Position numbers and translations under genes: made by a program. This document shows positions 55,001 to 64,000 of a DNA stretch of 64,000 nucleotides, piece by piece. Source of the DNA: Eledone cirrhosa (lineage: Eukaryota). Where the stretch lies: positions 152,768,001-152,832,000 of the forward strand of contig OZ024740.1 of assembly GCA_964016885.1 (NCBI GenBank). Reading direction: 5' to 3'. The first letter of the stretch is position 1. Each line of letters starts with the position of its first letter. The notes under the pieces were generated by a model. It ran no database searches and was not told the DNA's origin. It worked only from the letters and a program-made list of their open reading frames with translations.

Positions 55001-55503
55001 ACTGCTAGCCTCTTTCAAAAGCGAAAGAGAGGTGGTTTTCCTCTATACAGTGGCTATGGTGAAAGAGGTTATGTGGTGGACGAGATTGAGAGGACTGAGG
55101 ACAGATGCCTTTCTCTCCGGTCAACAATTGATTCCCTTCTTTAAGTATCACTTTAGAAGGAAAATCAGAGTGGAGAGAGAGGCACTGCACCCCAGTAAAT
55201 TTACTGAAAAGTGGGTGACTGTGGCAAAAATAGCCCGAGTGATTGGACCTTCTCTGTGTATAAACCTTTAGGTTGAAGAAGAGAGCAAAAGGAAGAAAGG
55301 ATCACTTGCACAACACGCTCCTGAAGTTGAGGGTTGTTCTATCGACGGGGTATTAAATAACACATTTGTGGCGCCTCCCCCTATTGGGGATTTCGATTGT
55401 TATAATTGTTTGTTTCATATTTGTACACGATTGTATGTAAAATCCCTGGCATGTGTCTTTGTTTTGTCTCCTTTTCTTGTGTGCCCTGTGGAAAATAAAG
55501 AAA
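52055..55503 (+). mobile_element. Tx1-like LINE copy 2, 5'-truncated, deleted in ORF1 and the APE domain
   Basis: ORFs 52320-52991, 52961-53578, 53439-53783, 54017-54562 and 54543-55271 are homologous to copy 1; ends aataaagaaa. Confidence 0.92.
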
Positions 55504-55963
55504 TATATCTATCTACCGATCTATCTGTTTGTCTATCTGACTGTCTGTCTTTCTACTTTAGAAAGTGTATATGGATGAATCAACCAATAAAAAGCCAACA
55601 CCTTAAATGAATTATTTTTGAAATCAGTAATGTGTTCCAATGTCCAACATCTAATATCCAAAGTCCATTGTAATGTGTGGAGTATACGATATTCTTAATT
55701 TATCTATCAGGAGCTAAAGAAAAAGAAAATCCAAAATGACCCATATTCTCAGTAGAGCTCCTAACTAAATTTAAGTGTTAAGAAAGCCACAATACTCTTT
55801 TTAGTTCACTGTTCCTGTTCCAGTGTCGAGGTGTGTGTGTGTGTGTGTGTGTGTAGGATGTCCCCTAAAAATGTACACACTTTGATTACCTGTACAGGCA
55901 ATATTTATTAGAATGGTGATGAAGTATGTATACATTTTTGAGAGACACCCTGTATATATATAT

Positions 55964-56015
<52 letters not shown>

Positions 56016-56131
56016 CGAGAGAGAGAGAGAGAGATAGAGAGGGAGAGGGGGTGAGAGAGAGAAATATATATATATATATAATATATGATTAGTACCTGCT
56101 ATATGACAGCTACAACTTCGATTCATACCTA

Positions 56132-56190
<59 letters not shown>

Positions 56191-56333
56191 TGTTATTGGA
56201 TGAGGTTTCAGCTTTCATTGATATTTTCCCTGAGGTTATTTGTATTTATGGCCAAGACATTAAATTCTGATTTCCCTAGGATGTATTCATTTGAATCGTT
56301 TGGACAAATGATTGCATTGCTTTCCAACTTTGA

Positions 56334-56403
56334 TTAGAAATTCTTGATCTCAACCTTCACACCATAGCTGTTTGTTCTCGACCTTCTATGATAGCCATGA
56401 CAC
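56334..56403 (-). CDS. Candidate terminal coding exon of an unidentified minus-strand gene: (x)CHGYHRRSRTNSYGVKVEIKNF*
   Basis: Acceptor aatttag| and an open, protein-like frame in non-repetitive sequence; no homologue recognised. Confidence 0.25.
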
Positions 56404-56461
56404 CTAAATTACTGACAAGTCACATGCAATACATATATTTCTTTTATTTAATCTGATTGTA

Positions 56462-57158
56462 ATAATTGTTTCTACTTTTGGCACAAGGCCAGCAATTATC
56501 TCAGTGCATTACTGGTACTTTATTTTATCGACCCCGTAAGGATGAAAGGCAAAGTTAACTTCGGCGGGATTTGAACTCAGAACGTAAAAAAACATAACTC
56601 TATGCTGCAAAGCATGGCGTCTGGCGCTGATGCTGATGTTGATGGTGACGGTGGTGGTGATGGTAATGGTGATGGTGATGGTGGTGTAATAATAATGATG
56701 GTGATGACAATGGTGATGATGACAATAATGATGACAATAGTGATGGTGATAATGATGATGATGACAAACATGATGGTGATAATGGTGATAATGATGGTGA
56801 TGGTGACAATAATAATGGTGATGATGGTGATAATGATGATGGTGGTGATGGTTATCATAATGACAATAATGAGAATTATGGTGGTGATAATGATGGCGAT
56901 GTTGATGGTGATGATGATGATGACAATTATGATGGTGATGGTGATGGTGATGGTGATCATGACAGTGATGATAATAATTGTTTCTACTTTTGGCACAAGG
57001 CCAGCAATCACCCAGTACATTACTGGTACTTTATTTTATCGACCCCGTAAGGATGAAAGGCAAAGTGAACCTCGGCGGGATTTGAACTCAGACCGTAAAG
57101 GGACGTAACTATGTTGGAAAGCATGACGTCCAACTCTCCACCGATACTGCCAATCCAC
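56462..57158 (-). mobile_element. Two SINE family A copies (56462-56626, 56973-57158) separated by a (GAT/GGT/AAT)n tract
   Basis: Diagnostic SINE core present twice; trinucleotide low-complexity sequence at 56627-56975. Confidence 0.85.
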
Positions 57159-57809
57159 CGTGATGATAATAATGGGGACGATGACAATAATTATGTTGAT
57201 GGTGATGATGATGTTACTGCTAAAGATCATGACAATAGTTATAGCGATGATGATAACGGTGATAACCCTTAGTGTATACAAAAACCTTATGTTAAATATA
57301 TTACAAAATTCTGGTTTCAATTCTTCACCGTACTCATTATAGCTTGACTTCCTTCAAAGAAACAATCTTGATGATTCCATAATAAAAAATCTTTAAAACA
57401 TTTTAAGATTAGTGAAGCATTAAAAAATGTTCACCTGACGCCGTCTATGGCGGCATTTTTCTGTTTTAACAGCTTTCTTGCGTTGAATTCTCATTGTTCT
57501 ATGAATTCTAATACACTCGAAACAAGAAAATAGTGTTTATATGTTTTATCACAGCTATATTAGCTTTCTGTTTTAGATGAATACCACGGCCTGAGGTTCG
57601 TTGGCCTATTCTGTCTCACTTCCTTTTTTCTCTTCTTTTGTTCTTCCTCTCTCTACCCTATTCTTCTCTTCTTCTTTCGTTCTTTCTCTCTCTCTCCCCC
57701 CCACTCTTCCCCTTTCTCCTTCCCACCGTTCTTGCTTGTCATCTCCGCAGCGCCAGGGTTTTTGTTGTCCTTTCTAGCGGGGACATGGTGCCTAGAGGAC
57801 GCCTTTTAC

Positions 57810-58167
<358 letters not shown>

Positions 58168-58574
58168 CTCTCTCGCTCTCTCTCTCTGGTATGTCTGTCT
58201 GTCTGTGGAAGGAGAGTTGCTGTTCTGTTTCGAAAAACCACAAACGATTCACTTGGACCCGGAGGGCAGCTTGGTGGTCCTGAACGTGAATGGTAGTGAA
58301 GGTGGGGCTTTCACACTGGTGGCCGTATATGCCTCGACTGGGACATCGCGACCAGAGTTCTTCAAGCGTCTGGAGCCATTCCTGGGAACGTCTCGCTCCT
58401 TAGTGTTAGTGGGGACTATGTAGGAGCTTGTGATAATAGAGGGGGGTGTAATAGCCTAAAAAATCGCATCAGCCAATTCCAACTGACTGATAGATATCGA
58501 CTAGACTTCCCAAGTGTACCACTGTGGACATGGAGCAACCGCACTGGGTCCTCTAGATCGTATTTAGATAGATT

Positions 58575-60765
58575 TGTAGCACGTGCCCTGGTATCAGGGT
58601 GGATTACCCGCTTTGGAGTACCAACTACAGTCACCACAGACCGTGGTAGACAATTCGAGTCCCATCTCTTCTCTGACCTCACAAAGATAATTGGAGCTCA
58701 ACGGATTCGGACCACAGCCTATCATCCTGCTTCAAATGGAATGGTGGAACGATTCCACCGCCAATTAAAGGCCGCTCTTCGCGCCTATCCAGACTCTCAA
58801 CATTGGAGCGAGTACCTTCCTATTGTGTTGTTAGGAATTCGGTCATCAATAAAGGAGGACCTGGAGTTCTCCCCGGCCGAATTACTTTACGGTGTTCCTC
58901 TAGCGTTGCCTGGGCAAATGCTTGCCCCTGTTGATCTTGCTTTCCAAGATCCGCTTTCCTACGTATCCCGTCTGCGTTCTTATTTTCAGGACTTGCCGCC
59001 GATGGATACGAGGAAACAAACTGTAAAACCTGCGGTCCCGAGGGATATTGCCTCGTGGACCCATGTGTTCGTAAGGAACGATGCTGTGAGACCACCCCTC
59101 CCACAACCATACTCTGGACCCTACCGTGTGTGCACATACTGACAAACATTTCACTGTAGACGTTAAGGGGTCCAGAGAGACAATTTCGGTGGATAGACTA
59201 AAAAGGGCACACAATGACGCTCATACACCCGAGCCACAAATACCCCAATCTTTCTCTCTTGTGCATACATCTGCTCCTTCTTCCCCACCTTCACCTACAT
59301 ACAAGACCACGACCCGTTCCGGTCGGAGAGTCCACTGGCCCAAAAAGTTCTGCCAAACTGTTTTCATGTGAACTGGCCACTGGAACCTTATTATTTTTTG
59401 TTGTTGTTCTTTTTATTTTTTTATTTATTGTATTACTATGTACCTCTCATTACCATTTCACTGGATGTATATATATGTTTTTCGTTTCTTCTTACAACGA
59501 ACATTTAAGAAGAAAAAAAAAGAAAAAAAATTGATATTTTTTTTTTTTTTACACATTTATACATGAACATTTACTTTCGCTGAATCTCAACTATTGCTTA
59601 TTCTTTCCGCCAAGCTTTTTTCATCGTTCACAAAAAAAGTTGAACTCGCCATATTTGTTATACCAAGTGAAGCCTTTCTTTCTGTTTCATCATATTATCA
59701 CGTTCACACACGAGTTTTTCAAAATGGCTGCCAACAACCTTGTTTCGGCACGTGTGGGCAGCACACATCTCGACTCACTGAGATACCACACGCATTAGAA
59801 ATATTTTTTTTCCAACTTGACTTTAACCTTGTTTCGGCACGTGTGGGCAGCACACATCTCGACTCACTGAGATACCACACGCCATAGATATGGTTTTTTG
59901 CCAAGGATTCTCCAGCCTTAAGCTATATTCTCCTATTTGCCGGTTTAAAAATTTACCACGTAAATTTGCCATTGAAAACTGCGCATTTATTCAGAATGCT
60001 TATTTCTTTGGTCGCTGGCCTCTTGACCCCTCAAGGTCAACGCATTCTCAACATCGACCATCAACTTTGGCTGTTATTTCTAGTACTTTGCGCAACTCAT
60101 TTTTTTTCTGGGAAAATTTTTACTGTGAATTTAAACAGCATCGAATACGCTCACTCCGCGAGACAACAACATCAACAACAACAACACAGCTTCATCAACA
60201 ACCAAAACCAGCAGAACAAGCCAGAGAATTTATTTTTGCAGCACTCTTCCTGTGAGAAAATCCCACCGAATTTCACATTGTACCACAGTCTAGAGACCAC
60301 CTGCATACATTCTCTGGAGGACACACTTTCTTTCTTACTGTCATGTGATTGCACACCTGTGAACTGTATTTGGAACATTTGAACTTTAACCTCTTCTTTT
60401 ACTTTGATTACATTGTATCTTTGAGTGATGGATGGATAGTTCTCTGGCCAAGAGCGGTTGGCTACCTTGATATCTATCATTGATTTTTGCATGCATATAT
60501 TTTGCTGTTTTCCTTTTATTGCAAACACTATTTTTTTCGTAATCTTCATGCCTGTAACATGCTCGCCATCTTACTCCATACATGGTTCATTCGATTTTTA
60601 TATTTTAAAAATCTGGCGGGGGATAATGTAGCAAGAGTTGTCTCCCTTGTTATGACAATCACATCACCGCTCTCTAGACAGGAAGTAGCTGGAGTTACTT
60701 CCCGTTGGGGTGGCAGAACCCTTTTTGTCACTTCCGTCCGGAGACCCTATAAAAGGGACAGGTCA
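58575..60765 (+). mobile_element. Gypsy LTR retrotransposon fragment: integrase, 3' UTR, PPT and start of the 3' LTR
   Basis: [67 protein letters not shown]; PPT ctggcggggg at 60613-60622, LTR start TGTAGCA at 60627, TATAAAA at 60748. Confidence 0.88.
59736..59882 (+). repeat. 58-bp perfect direct repeat (59736-59793 and 59825-59882) in the Gypsy 3' UTR
   Basis: aaccttgtttcggcacgtgtgggcagcacacatctcgactcactgagataccacacgc, twice. Confidence 0.9.
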
Positions 60766-63516
60766 GGGCCATAACTCTGCTCAACACAGAGTTAAAGATT
60801 TGGGCCAAGGTGTTAGCAGCGAGGCTGGTGCTTGTTTCGAGAACCTGATAGGGGAAGCGCAAACGTGTGCAATCCCGACCAGGTCCATACACGACAACCT
60901 CCACCTCATGCGATACATGATAGAGAGGGTAGGGTGTAAACCTGGCTTCGGTGGGGTTCTGGTCAATTTAGATCAGTCTAAGGCATTTGATAGGGTCGAC
61001 CATCAATACTTGGAAGCGTTCTCAAGGCGGCCGGCTTCGGTCCCGTCTTCAGAGGCTGGATCGCTGCCATGCACACCAGCATATGCTCGGCAGTCAAGGT
61101 GAATGGCTACCTATCGGAGCCATTCCAAATCATGCGTCAGGGGTGCCCTCTCTCCTCCATTCTGTATGTACTGACTCTCGAGTCATTACTACGGAAGTTG
61201 GAGCTGTTGCAGGACATCCCGATCGAACCAGGACTGCGGAAAGCAGCGTCGGTCTATGCCGACGACATAACCGTAATGGTCTCGAAAACCTCGGACATCG
61301 GGGTAATCGGCAACCTATTACAGGAGTACGAAACGTTGACAAATGGAAGACTAAACCCAAACAAGTCTGTCGGTTTGCAGCTCGGTACATGAAGGGGCAA
61401 ACTCATGCCTACCGACAGTGTCGTTGGACGCTGGACGGAAGGACCGGTGAAATTGCTCGGGGTCTGGTTTGGTCCAGACCTCCAGGTGGACAAGAACTGG
61501 AACGAGGTCATGGCGAAGGTGTTTGCACTCACCCAGAAGTGAGCTGAGTGCAAACTCTCCTTGAAAGGTCGAGCGGAGGTGGCGAACACTTACATAGCGT
61601 CCGTCATCTACTACCGCTTGACAGTTGGGCCTTGTCTCCGCGAATACCTCACCAAAATGGAACGCCTACTCTTCAAGTTCCTCTGGAAGAAACAGGCTCC
61701 ATTGGTGAGGAGATCCATTCTACTGTCAACACCGTTCTAATGGAGGGCTGGGCATGCCGTGGCTGATGATGCGCAAACACGCGCTGAGGCTACGCCATCT
61801 CCAGGTGTTCCTGACCGGCGAACCCGTGTGGCTGTCGCTTGTGAGACGAGCTCTTCCACAACTCATCTCGCTAACAGTGCTGCAGTCCTGGGTCAAGCGA
61901 AGACCGAAAATGGGCGCCTGGCACCTCGAGTGCCTTCAGGCGCTCACAGCCCTCTACCAAGCGGAAACGGCAATCAGCGGAGACTCCACTTTGATATTCT
62001 ATAGGGGATTAGTGGAGGATAAGTGCGACGACGTTCTCGGGGAAACTCTAGGCATCGAGGAAGACGAACTGACCAGTCTGTTAGGGAGGACTTTCCGTCC
62101 AGGGCCTATGGATAACTTCCAGAGGTGTCTGATCTGGCAGTGCTACCGAGGAGCTCTACCAGTTCGAGACAAGATCTCCAGGCACGGACACCCTGGCAGA
62201 GATCCTGCCAAAGGACCTGTCCAAGATGCGAGCAGGACATCGAAACTGTTCTTCAAGCAATTGTTCAGTGCCCAGGGGTGACAGATCTGTAGAATTATGT
62301 CGAACAGCTACTGTCACGTTAGGACGCATCCAGTTGGCAGCCGAGTTCATCGTGAGGATCACCCCGCCGCCTTCATTTAAGAACGAAGGAGAGGAGGTTT
62401 TCCTCTGTCTGGTGGCTATGGCGAAAGTGGTAATATGGTGGACGAGGTTAAAAGGACTGAGGGCAAACATCTTTCTCTCAGGACAACAACTTATCCCCTT
62501 CTTTAATTACCACTGCAGAAGGAAGGTGAGAGTGGAGAGACAGGTGCTACACCCCAGTAAATTCGCTGAAAGGTGGGTGAATGTGGTGAAAATGGACCGG
62601 GTGAATGGGCCTTCGCTGTATATAAACCTGTAGGTTGATGAAGATAAACAGAGGGAAGACGGGAACACCTACAAAACGTGTTCCTGGTGTTGAAGGTTGT
62701 TCTATCCACGGGTGTAAAACAACCCCGCAGTAGCGTACCCCCCCCCCCCCCAATGGGGATTTCAATTGTTCTATTTTTATATAGTTTATTGTTATTTATC
62801 ATTGTTAAAGATTTTATGTAAAACCCCCGCCGTCATGTCTTGTAATGTCCCATTTTTGTACGCCCCTGTGGCAGATAAAGAAAGATATCTAATTTGTTCG
62901 TTTTATCACGCAAACATCATGCCAACAGAAATACTTATTTTTCTGTTGCACGAGCTGATAATTTTATGTGGTACTCTTAAGTTAAATCGCGAGTTGGAAT
63001 GGCTGTTCCAGGGCAATGTCTTCTCCATCCTGCTGGTCGGGGTCATGATGTGGACTGGCCCTTGAACAGTGATTGGTAAATACAGACCACATACTCACAC
63101 ATAAGAGAACAATATAACCGGTTTTATATGAATAAAGTTAATAAATTTCACTCACAAGGCATTGGTCAACATTAGGTTGTAGTAGAAGACACTTGCTCAA
63201 AGTGCCACACTTTTAGAATGAACACACAACCACATAGTAGTGGAGCAAATTCCTTAACCACAGCCATGATGGTGCCTATATAAGCTGACTTATTCAACAA
63301 GAAAGCTGAACGATTAACAATCCAAAAAGCGATAAGAGGAACACTTGATTCAAATGTGAAATGTTCACGTACATGCTATTTTCTACTTCATAAAGGTTTT
63401 AGTTTTATCAGAGAATATATGTATTTTTAATGTCAGAGTTAAATTCATTGTGTTAAACATGTGTATACTTACGGAGTAAATTAGATATTATATTAAAAGG
63501 TCGGATTCAAATTGTT

Positions 63517-63760
63517 CATCATCATCATCATCATGGTCATCATCATTATCAATTTACGTCCACCTTCCACGTTAGCATGGGTTGGACAGGTTGACACAGT
63601 CCGTGACTAGAAAGGTTGGCGTGACCTATCGTGCTCATACGTTCCATTTTTGTCATGGTTTCTATGGCTGGATGCCGTTCCTAAAACCAACTACGTTACA
63701 AGCTGTACAGGGTGCGTTTTTTTTTTGGGGGGGGGGGGGGGGATGTTCCATGGCACCGAC
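63517..63760 (-). mobile_element. RTE-tail-related SINE/LINE 3' end
   Basis: (CAT)n tail followed by tttacgtccaccttcca..ggctggatgccgttcctaa. Confidence 0.5.
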
Positions 63761-64000
63761 ACTAACACTTTATAGTATGTACTGGGTACATTTTATCGCT
63801 ACACCAGTACTAAAGAGGTTGTTACAGCCTCATCCATATTGAAGAGCCCGTCTGTGTTCGATCGCCAACACTGTAGCTTCTGGTCATTTAATGTTTGTGT
63901 CGCAATGCTTATTGTTGTATATTTGTGTCGTTGTGCTCGTGGCACCAGATAATTCACACTTTGAAACTTTTGCGTTGCAGGATGTTTTTGCTTGTCTTTA

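Larger units (their letters stand above)
58205..62883 (+). mobile_element. Tx1-like LINE copy 3, interrupted and partly replaced by a Gypsy fragment
   Basis: APE piece at 58205-58575 ([22 protein letters not shown]); RT to C-terminus at 60764-62633 (AFDRVDH, RQGCPLS, YADD); ends gataaagaaa. Confidence 0.9.

Noticed and set aside
56577-57342. Ile/Met/Val-rich 'membrane protein' ORFs
   Set aside because: Trinucleotide low-complexity tract between SINE copies
62982-63075. Exon-like segment (V)KSRVGMAVPGQCLLHPAGRGHDVDWPLNSD
   Set aside because: Weak acceptor, several frames equally open, no recognisable homology

Overview
AT-rich, microsatellite-saturated eukaryotic DNA; the SINE families and repeat landscape point to an octopus/cephalopod genome (inference). 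It is mostly transposon debris: two Naiad-type Penelope-like elements (PLEs; one interrupted by a Tx1/L1-clade LINE, one near full length with direct pLTRs), three more Tx1-like copies, CR1, RTE and CRE LINE fragments, a Gypsy integrase/LTR fragment, two non-autonomous Helitrons, Tc1/mariner-pogo MITEs and two tRNA-derived SINE families. Two things are not visible in the ORF track. (1) A + strand neuropeptide precursor gene resembling PXXXamide/invertebrate PTH-like peptides. It has two paralogous, same-phase peptide exons (13902-14015, 16055-16174), a C-terminal S-G-KKKR exon (32158-32275), and a SINE-embedded duplicate of that exon's acceptor plus amidation/cleavage signal (15510-15555) between the two peptide exons. 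(2) About 20 short insertions in (TA)n tracts from many unrelated families, most built as a fold-back hairpin plus a one-sided tail. Many carry type I hammerhead ribozyme motifs with palindromic stem III, some with very long stem II or variant cores. All calls were made by eye; coordinates of degenerate repeats are approximate.
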